DNA from: Dehalococcoidia bacterium
GTDB taxonomy: Bacteria; Chloroflexota; Dehalococcoidia; UBA6926
Direction of reading: 5' to 3'
Assembly: GCA_963666115.2 (NCBI GenBank)
Contig: CAXXET010000006.1
Span: 64,001 to 128,000, forward strand
DNA length: 64,000 bases
The first letter of the stretch is position 1. Every line of letters begins with the position of its first letter. The notes under the pieces are model-generated. The model worked only from the letters and a program-made list of their open reading frames with translations, had not been told where the DNA came from and ran no database searches. The position numbers and the translations under genes are program-made. Shown in pieces: positions 10,783 to 20,881 of the stretch.

Positions 10783-13503
10783 TTAGTCACCGCTCAATTC
10801 GTCGTCACTGTCATCTTGGCTCATGGGGGCGATTCTCCTGGCGCGTGATGGATCGGTCACACGGAACCCAGTGCGAGCGCCAACAATTACCTCGGCGCTC
10901 GCCTGAAGTTTGCGAAGCTTTGAGCCATCGTCAGGCTCGTTGGCGAAGAGGGTAGGGTTCACTGCAAGTAATTCTTGCGCCCGATCGGCGGGTATGGGAT
11001 TGACATCAACGCGAATGTCGCGGCCGCCATCGATATGCGCCCGCAGAAACTGCCCCCAGCCTGCCAGATCCACGACGTATATGCACTGCCCATTATAGGC
11101 TGGAGTGCTGAGGACTGGGTGTCCTCGGTAACGTCCCAACCCTCCGGTTCGCTGAGATTCCAGCAGCCCCCGATCCGGTTGAAATTCCGCCAAGTGCCCC
11201 ATGTTCAGCCAACTTTGAAGGTCAGACCAGTTGCCTGCCAGGACTACCACAACCTGCTGTGGATAGCCAAGTGCCTCCAGTGCTTGATCGATTCCTCCCA
11301 CCAACGCGAGGGGAGTCTGGAGACGAAGCTCTACTTTGGGTGCGCCCTCCAGCAACTCGCAGAATCTCATCTCAGCATCATCCGATATAGACTCACCCCA
11401 CTGGCCTCCATCCAGCGGCAAAAAACTAGAATGGGAATCCGCAGGGGAATCTGTTAGGAATCCCTTGTGCACCACCCGGGAGAGGATTCGTTCTTCAGGG
11501 GCATCGGCGTCATCTCCCGAAACGTGCAAGGATGCACCAGCTTGTTCGAACAGTCGCTCGATTGAGTTGCTGGAAGATGCGGCAGAATACACATCTGCCG
11601 TGAAGGCTGCTATCCTTGTCTCGCTAAGATCTCTTGCAATGATTTCGTAATCCTCTGTTATCTCATCTCTGCGGACAGCAAAGCGCAGGGACTCTGTGGC
11701 CAACTCGCGACGCCTCACCGCTGTTGGCTCAGCTTCCGTTTGCATAAAGGGTTCGACAGATTCGGCGTTGCTCAGAAACCAATCCAACGCCCGCTGCGCT
11801 CTGCTATTCAGGTCAATGGTTGAATCAACATCGGAAGATAGCTCCATGAGACGTAGAGTGAAGAACAGCAATGGATAGCGTTCAGCTGAGACATGGATGG
11901 GTTGGTGTGACAGCGCCCCCTCTGTCTCCCACTCTTCCCACAAGGGAAATCTGGCGGAGTTGCTGTGCATGAATGCTAGGGCAAAGTCGTCCGAAAGGAG
12001 TCGAAGATTTCCGTAAGCTAACCGTCCCACGTTCAAGTATTCGTTTGCATCTTCCAGCTTGTTTTCCTGAGCTAGCGCGAGGGCGCGTCCTCCAAGCCCC
12101 ATCAGAGCTATGCGGTATTCTTGCTGCACCTGCTGATAAAATCCAGGACTGTTGGGATCTAGCCAGTTGTCCTCCTCCCAATCGAATCGCATCGTGCTAA
12201 GCAGGGCCTGAAAGGTTTGGTGCAAACGGTCGTAATCGCTCGGCTGATTACTCTCCATCGCATTGGACAACAATCTCGCCTGCTGCCTGACTAACTCCCT
12301 CGCGTACGGGAATTTGTCCTCTAGATTAGCGTCAAAGGTGAAGGCCAGTGCATTAAGGGAAAAGCGGTCCCGAATCTGCTCCCGGAGGTCCGTGCCACCA
12401 ATGCGGTTCACGATCTGGTAGTTCCATCTGTATCCATCTAGGCCAACAGTGAACAATTCACCACATCTTTCTCGCACTCCGTCTCTAGTAAGCGTATAAT
12501 CGAAGCGCAGAAGCTCTTGTATGTACTCCCGGTCACCTTGGCGAATGACGTCTTCGCGGAACGAGTAGAGGTTGGCGCCTAGTTCTCTCAGTGGCGGCCA
12601 GTGTGGCTGAGCCCCCGGTGCGCTCCACCGAATACCAGCCGCCTTAATCTCGTCCATGGCAAAGCTAATCAATTCCCTGATGGAGTTGAGCGATCGCCGT
12701 AATTCTTCATGCCGACGCTCGGACATGGCTCTACGCGCATCATCCAGCAGGGCCCGTATTGCATCGTCGGCTGACCCTTCGCCCTGGTCAGGAAGCAATA
12801 CCGAGAGATCGGATTCATTGGACTCGCGGGCTATGGAAGCGCGATGTGCCCGACCCACAAAGGCCTTGACTGCTTCGCGCACATCGGTTTCGTTGACGCG
12901 TCGCCTCACGGCCATCCAATGCGCCGGCCTGGAGTAGGAAACCGCTCTCTCAAAGAGAACGCCCGCCAGAACCAGGTTCATGAGGAAGGCAAAACCTGCG
13001 AACGGAACAAAATAGCTCAGCCTCGGCTGCATGCCTTGGGGAACCGCATCTCCACTGGTGTAGGCTTCACTCAGCAGCAGTGCTCCGGTTACAGTCACGG
13101 CCAAGAGACTTCCTATGAAGAGGTCCCGCATCCGTGTACTCCGGACATACTCTCGGTACACACGATCATCGACTTCGCTCCGACCCCGTAGGCCCTGCAT
13201 CATGAACAGCGTGACGGCTAGTGTCAGCGCCGCAATCGCTGATTGAGCGGTGAGCAAAGTTCCGAGAATCGTTCCAACGTCACGGGGTATCGGCGAGAAG
13301 GGCAATGGCGGTGCCACGTGCGCCCAAATGACGATACCAACAGCCACCAGGCTTGCCAAGGCAAGCCACGAGAAGACGACTCGCCATATGCGTTGGAGGA
13401 ATCCCCACGTTGCTGTCGCCCATGACAATGGAACCCCGATACCCCTGCGGCTCAGGAGATCCTGAATCTTGGCGCGAATGCGCTCACATCGTGAAGTAGA
13501 CAA
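10783..13503 (-). CDS. 906-aa hypothetical membrane protein: about 4 N-terminal TM helices, helical middle, possible HK97-fold C-terminal domain
   Basis: Long ORF with foreign, lower-GC codon usage directly after the tRNA; hydrophobic segments within residues 40-185; domain call is by eye. Confidence 0.8.
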   Translation of the reverse strand: MSTSRCERIRAKIQDLLSRRGIGVPLSWATATWGFLQRIWRVVFSWLALASLVAVGIVIWAHVAPPLPFSPIPRDVGTILGTLLTAQSAIAALTLAVTLFMMQGLRGRSEVDDRVYREYVRSTRMRDLFIGSLLAVTVTGALLLSEAYTSGDAVPQGMQPRLSYFVPFAGFAFLMNLVLAGVLFERAVSYSRPAHWMAVRRRVNETDVREAVKAFVGRAHRASIARESNESDLSVLLPDQGEGSADDAIRALLDDARRAMSERRHEELRRSLNSIRELISFAMDEIKAAGIRWSAPGAQPHWPPLRELGANLYSFREDVIRQGDREYIQELLRFDYTLTRDGVRERCGELFTVGLDGYRWNYQIVNRIGGTDLREQIRDRFSLNALAFTFDANLEDKFPYARELVRQQARLLSNAMESNQPSDYDRLHQTFQALLSTMRFDWEEDNWLDPNSPGFYQQVQQEYRIALMGLGGRALALAQENKLEDANEYLNVGRLAYGNLRLLSDDFALAFMHSNSARFPLWEEWETEGALSHQPIHVSAERYPLLFFTLRLMELSSDVDSTIDLNSRAQRALDWFLSNAESVEPFMQTEAEPTAVRRRELATESLRFAVRRDEITEDYEIIARDLSETRIAAFTADVYSAASSSNSIERLFEQAGASLHVSGDDADAPEERILSRVVHKGFLTDSPADSHSSFLPLDGGQWGESISDDAEMRFCELLEGAPKVELRLQTPLALVGGIDQALEALGYPQQVVVVLAGNWSDLQSWLNMGHLAEFQPDRGLLESQRTGGLGRYRGHPVLSTPAYNGQCIYVVDLAGWGQFLRAHIDGGRDIRVDVNPIPADRAQELLAVNPTLFANEPDDGSKLRKLQASAEVIVGARTGFRVTDPSRARRIAPMSQDDSDDELSGD

Positions 13504-13720
13504 GTCACGAGAATCGTACCATCAACGAAATCGGATGGTAACCCTCCGGTCGCACAGGATACCGTCCCCTACAGCGTTTGTAGCGCCATCCCCAGTTCGC
13601 TCTGCCAAACTCCAGCCGAGGGGAGATGTCCTCCTAGCGCGCAGCGTAAGACCGTCGATGCACTACACTGGGCACGTGAGGACGAAAGCCACAATGACGT
13701 GAGCATAGGGAAGGCAACCG

Positions 13721-13952
13721 ATGAGATCATTCGACAGGATTACCATCGATCCCAACGTAATGGGCGGCAAGGCGTGTGTTAGAGGAATGCGCGTCACCGT
13801 CGGCACGGTGGTCGGCCTGCTCGCGGCCGGGCGCTCACCAGCGGAAATACTCCAAGCCTTACCCCTACCTTGAGCGAGAGGACATCGACCAGTCACTGGC
13901 GTACGCCGCGTGGCGGCTGGAAGAGCGTGAAGTCCCCCTCCCAACATCATGA
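13721..13952 (+). pseudogene. DUF433-family antitoxin with a +1 frameshift; partner toxin absent
   Basis: MRSFDRITIDPNVMGGKACVRGMRVTV...EILQA, extra T near 13859, then YPYLEREDIDQSLAYAAWR. Confidence 0.8.
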
Positions 13953-13982
13953 GACCGACGCTCCTGATGAACTAGAACCAAA

Positions 13983-14016
13983 CCGGGGGAAAGAAGCAAA
14001 AGCCCCTTCCCCCCGG
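13983..14016. terminator. Hairpin downstream of the ABC transporter operon
   Basis: ccgggggaa...ttcccccccgg-type inverted repeat. Confidence 0.45.
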
Positions 14017-14046
14017 CCTCATTGACGTAGTCCGCTAGCGAGTCAC

Positions 14047-15045
14047 CTACGGAATCCAGGCCCGCCAAACAGACTCGTTCGCATCCACCCACTCCTGCGC
14101 CGCCGCGCGCACCGTCAGGTCGTTCTCGGTGTAGTTCAGCACAATCTCGTTCTGCTGCGCGTTCGTCATCTGGAAGTTGGAGAGGAACTTGTACGCCTCA
14201 GGGAACTCCTCCTCCAGGCCCGGCCACGTCAGCTTGGCGACGATATCCGTCGGATAGCCGCAGTCATACCTCGGCCCGTCCGGATAGCAGTCGCCCGTCC
14301 ACGGCGGCATCTCGATCTGAACCAGGTCGTACTTCGCGTGCGCCCAGTGGGGTTCCCACAGGTACGTCATCACCGGGTCGCCTCGATGGAACGACGCATC
14401 AACCTCGGCAAGCGCCGCGCCCTCAGACCCCGCGAAGACCACCTCGAAGTCGATGCCCCATGCCTCAAGGCGCTCCTCCGGCCGCGTGTCCCACGCCGGC
14501 GTGAACTCAAGCAGCCTGCCCTTCGCGCCCGTCGCGCTCGTCGCAAACACGTCCTTGTACTGGTTCATGTCATCGATGGTGCGAAGGTTGGGGGCCACGG
14601 CCTCGATGCCGCGCTCAGGGTCGCCGTTGATCACGTAGGACGGCACATACCAGCCGCCCGTGCCGATAATGCCCGCCTCGCCCAGGATGTCCACCGTGGG
14701 GTCATCACCGTGCACGTAATCCGCAAGGAGTTCGGCGCTGTATGACGGCCAGTTGCAGCACACGAAGTGGAAGTCGCCGTTCTCCAGCCCCTGGAAGAGG
14801 GGCGCTGAATCGGCGGGCGCAAACTTCGTCGCCACCGTATGGCCCATCTCCTGCTCCAACAGGATCCGCGCCACCGCTGTCACGACAAGCTGGCCGTTCC
14901 AATCCTGGTCGACGAGATAGAGCGTCCCCATCTCCTCCGACCCCGCGTCATCGTCGGCCTGCTCACATGCCAGGCCCGCCGCCAGCGCGACCGCCAACAG
15001 CAGCGCCAGCGAGATACCGATCCACATCTTGCCCAGTTTCCTCAT
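14047..15045 (-). CDS. proX: Glycine betaine/proline-type ABC transporter substrate-binding lipoprotein
   Basis: Lipobox GLAC; GWYVPSYVI; YLWEPHW; operon context. Confidence 0.85.
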   Translation of the reverse strand: MRKLGKMWIGISLALLLAVALAAGLACEQADDDAGSEEMGTLYLVDQDWNGQLVVTAVARILLEQEMGHTVATKFAPADSAPLFQGLENGDFHFVCCNWPSYSAELLADYVHGDDPTVDILGEAGIIGTGGWYVPSYVINGDPERGIEAVAPNLRTIDDMNQYKDVFATSATGAKGRLLEFTPAWDTRPEERLEAWGIDFEVVFAGSEGAALAEVDASFHRGDPVMTYLWEPHWAHAKYDLVQIEMPPWTGDCYPDGPRYDCGYPTDIVAKLTWPGLEEEFPEAYKFLSNFQMTNAQQNEIVLNYTENDLTVRAAAQEWVDANESVWRAWIP

Positions 15046-15069
15046 AGTACTCTCCTCTCCGTACTCGAC

Positions 15070-17028
15070 TTAGGCTTTCCTCTGCGTCATTCGATCCAGG
15101 ACCATCGCCATGAACACGATGGTCATTCCGGCAATCAGGCCGTCCCCCATATCCAGTCGGATGGAGGCGATGAAGACCTCCTGCCCCAGCCCGCCGCCGC
15201 CCACCAGCCCCGCGATGATCACCATGGCCAGCACCATGATGATGGTCTGGTTGACGCCCATCATGATTCTCGGCAGCGCCAGCGGTATCTTGACCTGCAG
15301 CATCGTCTGGAGGCTTGTGGAGCCGTGCGATTGGGCTGTCTCAATCGCCTGCGCCGGCACCTCCTTGATTCCCAGGCTGGTCATGCGAATCACCGGCGGC
15401 AGCGCATACACCGCCGTCGCGATGATGCCCACCAGCGGCCCAATCCCCCAGAGCATGATCACCGGTATCAGATAGACGAAGATTGGCATCGTCTGCATGG
15501 TGTCCAGGACGGGGCGCAGCAGCGCCTCGAATGTCCTGCTCTGCGACGCAAGCGCGCCAATGATCATGCCGACGACGACCGTGAACGCGCCCGCCGTCAG
15601 CACCTGGCTCAGCGTGTTGACCGTCACGTCCCACAGCCCGCCAATGCCCGCGAACGCAAGCCCCAACACCGCAAGAAGCGCCACCCGCCACCCTGCGGCG
15701 AAGTACGCGGCAACCGCCGCAATCACCATCAGCGCAGGCCAGGGAAGCCAGAGCAGGAAGGTCAGAACCGGCGAAAACCCAAGCTCGCGGAACAGGTAGT
15801 CGCGTATCCAGCTTGTCACCCCGTGGAAGTTGACCGCCATCCACGCGACCACCGTGTTGACCTGGTCCGCCATGGAGAAGGTCAACCCGTTCGGAAATTC
15901 TCGTAGCGGAGTGACGAACATGCCAAGCAGCGCGAGGACGGCCAGGAGCGCGATGCCCGCGGCCAGGAGCGGACTCCGGGCAGCCATGCCCCGGACGGCC
16001 TGTGCGGCAGTCCTCTCCCCGGTGTCATGGGCGGATGAGGAGGGCGCGGCGGCTCGCGGGCCCGACTGCGCGAGGGCGTAGCTGAACCTGTCCAGCACGA
16101 TGGCCAACAGCACGATGGCGATGCCGCTCTCCAGCCCCGCTCCGGCGTCCACCTCGCGCAGCGAGTGCCAGACATCCCGGCCGAGCCCTTCCACCCCCAC
16201 AAGCGCGGTGATGATCACCATGGCGACCGCCATCATGATGGTCTGGTTCACGCCCATCATTATCGAACTCTTGGCCAGCGGAATCTGAACGTGGAACAAT
16301 GTCTGGGTTCGTGTCGATCCGTGAGACTGCGCAGTTTCGACAACCGCCTCCGGAACCTGCCGGATGCCCAGGTTGGTCAGCCTGATCACCGGCGCGATCG
16401 AATACACCACCGTCAGGAATATGCCCTGCGCCCCCGACACGCCAAACAGCACCAACGCCGGAATCAGGTACACGAACGCGGGCAGAACCTGCATCGTGTC
16501 CAGAACAGGGCGGACGATCGCCTCGAATCGATTGCTGAACGCCGCCAATACGCCGATGGGCACCCCGATGCCAACGGCGATCATCACCGAGATTCCCACC
16601 ACGCTCAGCGTGACCATCGCGGAGTCCCAGAAGCCGATGAGGCCGATGAAGAGCATGGCCAGGCCGCTCAGCGCGCCCAGCAGCCTGCCGCCGAGCCGCA
16701 GCCCGACAAGAGAAACGCCCGCCACCACAAGCGGCCACGGGAGCCACAGCAGGAATGAATCCAGCGCGGCCAGGCTGGTGTCAAGCAGGCTGGAGATCGG
16801 ACTGAAGAACCACGAGAAACTGTCGCCGAACCAATCGAAGACCGTGTCGATACCCGCCTGGACGGGAAGCTCCCAACTGGCCGGCCAGTCCCCGAAGTCC
16901 GTGCTCGCATGGTTCGTCGCCAGCGTAAAGGCGAGCAGATAGGTTGCTGCGGCGAGCGCGGCCCACAAGACCCACCTGAATCGGGACTCGCGGAAAGAGC
17001 GAAGCTGGAGAGAGTCCGACCGGATCAC
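15070..17028 (-). CDS. proW: Glycine betaine/proline-type ABC permease with two fused ProW domains
   Basis: [15 protein letters not shown] and IMMGVNQTI each occur twice. Confidence 0.9.
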   Translation of the reverse strand: MIRSDSLQLRSFRESRFRWVLWAALAAATYLLAFTLATNHASTDFGDWPASWELPVQAGIDTVFDWFGDSFSWFFSPISSLLDTSLAALDSFLLWLPWPLVVAGVSLVGLRLGGRLLGALSGLAMLFIGLIGFWDSAMVTLSVVGISVMIAVGIGVPIGVLAAFSNRFEAIVRPVLDTMQVLPAFVYLIPALVLFGVSGAQGIFLTVVYSIAPVIRLTNLGIRQVPEAVVETAQSHGSTRTQTLFHVQIPLAKSSIMMGVNQTIMMAVAMVIITALVGVEGLGRDVWHSLREVDAGAGLESGIAIVLLAIVLDRFSYALAQSGPRAAAPSSSAHDTGERTAAQAVRGMAARSPLLAAGIALLAVLALLGMFVTPLREFPNGLTFSMADQVNTVVAWMAVNFHGVTSWIRDYLFRELGFSPVLTFLLWLPWPALMVIAAVAAYFAAGWRVALLAVLGLAFAGIGGLWDVTVNTLSQVLTAGAFTVVVGMIIGALASQSRTFEALLRPVLDTMQTMPIFVYLIPVIMLWGIGPLVGIIATAVYALPPVIRMTSLGIKEVPAQAIETAQSHGSTSLQTMLQVKIPLALPRIMMGVNQTIIMVLAMVIIAGLVGGGGLGQEVFIASIRLDMGDGLIAGMTIVFMAMVLDRMTQRKA

Positions 17029-18365
17029 ACCGCGCCCTCGTCACTCACCAGCGCCTCCATGGCCGCCGTGCGTGTGATCGTGCCGATGCACCGGCCGTCA
17101 TCCAGCACGGCAATAGTCGAGGCGTCTTCGATCACAAGCGGGATGAGCCGCTCGAGCAGCGTGTCCGCGTCCGCGATGGGGCAGGAGGCGTTCATCGTGG
17201 ACGCGACGCTGGAGTGCGTCGTGATCCCGTTCTTCGTTACGTCATCCAGGTGGACGGTTCCGACGAAGAGCCCCTCGTGGTCGACCACCACCGCGCTCTC
17301 GCAATCGTTCATTGTCAACGCACGGTCCAGCTCGGCCAGGGACTGATCCGCCGTCACGTACACGGCGGGTTCGGTCATCACGGAACGCGCCGTCAGAACC
17401 TTGGAACGCGGCACGTCGCGCGTGAAATCCTTCACGTAATCGTCAATGGGGTTGGACACCAGCTCCTCCGGCGTGCCCACCTGCACGAACTCCCCGTCCT
17501 TCATGATCGCCACCCGGTCGCCAACCTTGATGGCCTCCAGGAAATCGTGCGTGATGAACACCATCGTCTTCCTGACAAGCTGCTGGAGCCCGATCAGTTG
17601 ATCCTGCATCTCCCGCCGGATGAGCGGGTCCAGCGCGCTGAACGGCTCATCGAACAAGAGGATTTCGGGATCCACCGCAAGAGCGCGCGCCAGCCCAATG
17701 CGCTGCTGCATCCCGCCGCTCAGTTCATGCGGGTACCTGTCCTCCCACCCGGACAGCCCCACAAGCTCGATGACGTCCTCCGCCCGCTTGAGCCGCGTGT
17801 CCTTGTCGACGCCCTGGACCTGCAGGCCGTAGACAACGTTGTCAACGACGCGCTTGTGCGGGAAGTTCCCGAAGTGCTGGAACACCATCCCCAGCTTGTG
17901 GCGGCGGACGTCCCGCAGCTGCTGCTTGCTCATCGCGAGCAAGTCCTCGCCGTCGATGTGGACGTGTCCGCTCGTCGGTTCGATGAGCCTGCTCAAACAG
18001 CGGACTAGCGTGGACTTGCCGCTGCCGGACAGGCCCATGATGACGAAGGTCTCCCCGTCGCGGACATCGAAGGAGATGTCCCGCACCGCCAGCACAGAGC
18101 CGGTTTCGGCCAGCACGTCTTCCCGGGACTGGTCGGGCTCTAATGACGCTGCGAGTTCCTCGGCCTGGTCTCCGTAGACCTTCCACAGGTTCTCGCAGAC
18201 AAGCCTCGTTTCGGCCTCTAGGCCAGGCTGTTCGGCTGTCTCAGAAGCATCGGCAGCGTTGAACGCTGCGCTGTGAATGTCGATATAACACACCCCCCAC
18301 GGTGTCCGTCCGTTCGCGTCGGAGCCGGATCGGCGGGAATCATGGCCCCCCATGCCATCGACCAC
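17025..18365 (-). CDS. proV: Glycine betaine/proline-type ABC ATPase with CBS domains (true start uncertain, probably downstream of 18365)
   Basis: [34 protein letters not shown]. Confidence 0.92.
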   Translation of the reverse strand: MVDGMGGHDSRRSGSDANGRTPWGVCYIDIHSAAFNAADASETAEQPGLEAETRLVCENLWKVYGDQAEELAASLEPDQSREDVLAETGSVLAVRDISFDVRDGETFVIMGLSGSGKSTLVRCLSRLIEPTSGHVHIDGEDLLAMSKQQLRDVRRHKLGMVFQHFGNFPHKRVVDNVVYGLQVQGVDKDTRLKRAEDVIELVGLSGWEDRYPHELSGGMQQRIGLARALAVDPEILLFDEPFSALDPLIRREMQDQLIGLQQLVRKTMVFITHDFLEAIKVGDRVAIMKDGEFVQVGTPEELVSNPIDDYVKDFTRDVPRSKVLTARSVMTEPAVYVTADQSLAELDRALTMNDCESAVVVDHEGLFVGTVHLDDVTKNGITTHSSVASTMNASCPIADADTLLERLIPLVIEDASTIAVLDDGRCIGTITRTAAMEALVSDEGAV

Positions 18366-18450
18366 TCCGATTTGAGATTCGTAGCAGTGTACAGGAAATC
18401 GCCGCGCTATGTAAAATCGCGGTTAAGCCGCCAACGTGGCGCCCCGAATC

Positions 18451-19074
18451 ATGAGTACGAGAATGAAGCTGAGCAGTGACAGCGTTGACATCCCGTCCAC
18501 CCCGGTAAGCGTCTACGAGGCGATCTTCCGCAGGCGGCACGTGAAGGAATTCACGTCCGACGACGTATCGCGCGAGACGCTGGAACGCCTCTTCGCCGCT
18601 GCCGTCTGGGCTCCCAATCACCGCCTCAACGAGCCGACGCGGTTCTTTGCAGTCCGGAAGGGCAGCCCAATGCGGTCGAGAATCGCCGACGCCGCCTGGC
18701 AGGCCGCCTACGACGGCGTCGCCAACCCCAACCCCGAGCAGAAGCGGCGCTCGGCGGATGATCTGAGAGAGCGAGTGATCACCGCTCCCGCCATGGTCTA
18801 CGTCTACAGCGTCAGGGGACTGGTTGAGGAGATCACCCTCGAAAACTACGCCAGTTCCTGCCTGGCCGTCCACAACATGGCGCTCGCCGCCGTTGCTGAA
18901 GGTCTCGCCCTCGGATGGAGCACCGGACGTCTGGCCAAACTCCCCGGCCTCGCTGACATCCTGGGCGCGAACGAAGACTGGATGATGGTGGGCGTCGTCT
19001 TCATCGGCAAGGCCGCCGAGGAGCCTGCGACCCAGCGAACACCGCACTCCGACCTCGTCACATGGTTTGAGTGA
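18451..19074 (+). CDS. Nitroreductase family protein
   Basis: AIFRRRHVKEF, WAPNHRLNEP, HNMALAAVAEGL. Confidence 0.85.
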   Translation: MSTRMKLSSDSVDIPSTPVSVYEAIFRRRHVKEFTSDDVSRETLERLFAAAVWAPNHRLNEPTRFFAVRKGSPMRSRIADAAWQAAYDGVANPNPEQKRRSADDLRERVITAPAMVYVYSVRGLVEEITLENYASSCLAVHNMALAAVAEGLALGWSTGRLAKLPGLADILGANEDWMMVGVVFIGKAAEEPATQRTPHSDLVTWFE

Positions 19075-19086
19075 GGAGTAAACACA

Positions 19087-19512
19087 ATGGTCGATAAGCC
19101 CGCCGCCAACGGCATCGTCTACCTCTCCGGCGGCAACCCGCAGATCGCCAAGGGGGACGGCGATGGCCCCGTGCAGGCGTACATCGCCGCCATGCCGGAA
19201 TGGAAGAGCGATGTTGGCCGGCGCCTCGATGAGCTCATCGTCCGTGCCGTGCCCCACGTTCGCAAGGCCGTCCGCTGGAACTCGCCCTTCTACGGCACGG
19301 AGGAACACGGCTGGTTCGTCAGCTACCACGTCTTCACCCGCTACATCAAGCTAACGTTCCTGAACGGCGCCGCCCTCAACCCCGTCCCCCCGGGCGCCGG
19401 CAAAGACCCAAATGCCCGCTGGATAGACCTCCACGAAGGCGATTTCGACGAAGCCCAACTAACAAACTGGTTCCGCCAATCCGCCAACCTCCCCGCCTGG
19501 AAAGGCTTCTAA
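19087..19512 (+). CDS. DUF1801-family protein
   Basis: LSGGNPQIAKGDG, VRKAVRWNSPFYG. Confidence 0.8.
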   Translation: MVDKPAANGIVYLSGGNPQIAKGDGDGPVQAYIAAMPEWKSDVGRRLDELIVRAVPHVRKAVRWNSPFYGTEEHGWFVSYHVFTRYIKLTFLNGAALNPVPPGAGKDPNARWIDLHEGDFDEAQLTNWFRQSANLPAWKGF

Positions 19513-19883
19513 ACCGCCGCCCTCTCAGCCGCCAGCGCCTCTTTCGCCGTCTCCGCGATTCGCGCAAACCCCTGCGGGTCCCGGACCGCCAGGTCCGCCA
19601 TCATCTTGCGGTCCACCGCCACGTTCGCCAGCTTCAGGCCGTGGATCAGGTTGCCGTACGTGATGTCGTTCAGGCGAGCCGCCGCATTGATCCGCGTGAT
19701 CCAGAGCCGCCGGAAATCGCCCTTCCGCTCGCGCCGGTGCTCATAGGCGTATTGCCAGGAGTGCAGCAGGGACTCCTGCGCCCGCCGGAACAGCTTGTGC
19801 CGGGAGCCCCACTGCCCCTTCATCAGGTGGATGACTTCCTTGTGCCGGCGGCGCGCTCGCGGCCCGCCCTTGATTCGGGTCAT
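19509..19883 (-). CDS. rplT: 50S ribosomal protein L20
   Basis: RKGDFRRLWITRINAAAR, DRKMMADLAV. Confidence 0.97.
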   Translation of the reverse strand: MTRIKGGPRARRRHKEVIHLMKGQWGSRHKLFRRAQESLLHSWQYAYEHRRERKGDFRRLWITRINAAARLNDITYGNLIHGLKLANVAVDRKMMADLAVRDPQGFARIAETAKEALAAERAAV

Positions 19884-19924
19884 GTCGGTAATCCTCTCTA
19901 CAGATACGAGATTGAGCGCACAGC

Positions 19925-20131
19925 CTACGGCCCGTACGGCAGCAGACGCTGCACGCGCCGCCTGTCCGCCGGGCTCAGCGGCATCTCATCGCCGTACAGC
20001 CGCTTCACGTCCTTCGGCTTGCGGCGGCGCAGATGGCTCTGGTGCCCCTTGCGCTTCGTCAGCTTGCCGGAGCCGGTCATGCCGATCCGCTTCTGTGTGC
20101 CCTTGTGCGTCTTGAGTTTGTACTTTGCCAT
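19925..20131 (-). CDS. rpmI: 50S ribosomal protein L35
   Basis: KLKTHKGTQKRI..TGSGK; operon position. Confidence 0.95.
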   Translation of the reverse strand: MAKYKLKTHKGTQKRIGMTGSGKLTKRKGHQSHLRRRKPKDVKRLYGDEMPLSPADRRRVQRLLPYGP

Positions 20132-20175
20132 GACGATATACCTGTCCCGCGCCTCTAACCGGTCTGGTTCGTTCC

Positions 20176-20775
20176 CTAGTCGGCTGGCCCCGCCGCTGCT
20201 GCTGCCTCCTCGGCCTCCTCGTCGGCAGGAGCCTCAACTGCCTGCTTGGACGGCGCGGCGCTCTTGCGCTTCAGGGGAGCCAGGATCATGCTCATGCCCC
20301 GGCCCTCCAACTGCGGCGCAGTGTCGATTCCCGCGATGTCCTCCACCTTGTCCAACACCTTCTTCAACAGATTGATCGCCAACTCGGGATGCGTCGACTC
20401 CCGTCCCCGGAAGATCACGGACACCTTGACCTTGTCCCCGCCGTCGATCAGCTTCCGCACCGTGCGCGTCTTGAAATCGATATCGTGCTGCCCGATCTTG
20501 GGGCGGAGCCGCACCTCGCCGAGTTCCTGCGTGTGCTGTCCCTTGCGGAGCTCCCGCTCCTTCTTGGACTGCTCGTAGCGATACCGGCCGTAATCGAGAA
20601 CGCGGCAAACGGGGGGCTGCGCTCCCGGAGCCACCTCTACCAGGTCAAGGCCCCGATCCTGCGCCAACCGAATGGCATCCGCTGTCTGCATCACTCCAAC
20701 CCGTTCCCCCGTGTCGGTCACCACAAGCACTTCCGGCACGGTGATGCGTTGGTTGACGCGATAATCCCTCGGTAT
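20176..20775 (-). CDS. infC: Translation initiation factor IF-3, probable non-canonical ATA start
   Basis: RVNQRI, LDLVEVAP, PPVCRVLDYGRY, GDKVKV; GAGGGAG RBS 5 nt before in-frame ATA at 20775. Confidence 0.93.
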   Translation of the reverse strand: MPRDYRVNQRITVPEVLVVTDTGERVGVMQTADAIRLAQDRGLDLVEVAPGAQPPVCRVLDYGRYRYEQSKKERELRKGQHTQELGEVRLRPKIGQHDIDFKTRTVRKLIDGGDKVKVSVIFRGRESTHPELAINLLKKVLDKVEDIAGIDTAPQLEGRGMSMILAPLKRKSAAPSKQAVEAPADEEAEEAAAAAGPAD

Positions 20776-20820
20776 GTCTGCTCCCTCTCTGTGTCTCGCA
20801 GTCCTATCGTTCAAGCACGT

Positions 20821-20849
20821 ACTCTACAATCCGCTAGTTCAAGCGTCAA
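20821..20849 (-). promoter_or_regulatory. Sigma70-type promoter for infC-rpmI-rplT
   Basis: TTGACG-17 nt-TAGAGT on the minus strand, with TG just upstream of the -10. Confidence 0.65.
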
Positions 20850-20881
20850 GAACGGGCGTGACGCGCAGGATGCCTCTTTCC

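Noticed and set aside
10638-14040. Prophage or integrative element at tRNA-Lys
   Set aside because: I found no integrase, no duplicated tRNA 3' end and no other phage genes; only a small insert is supported.
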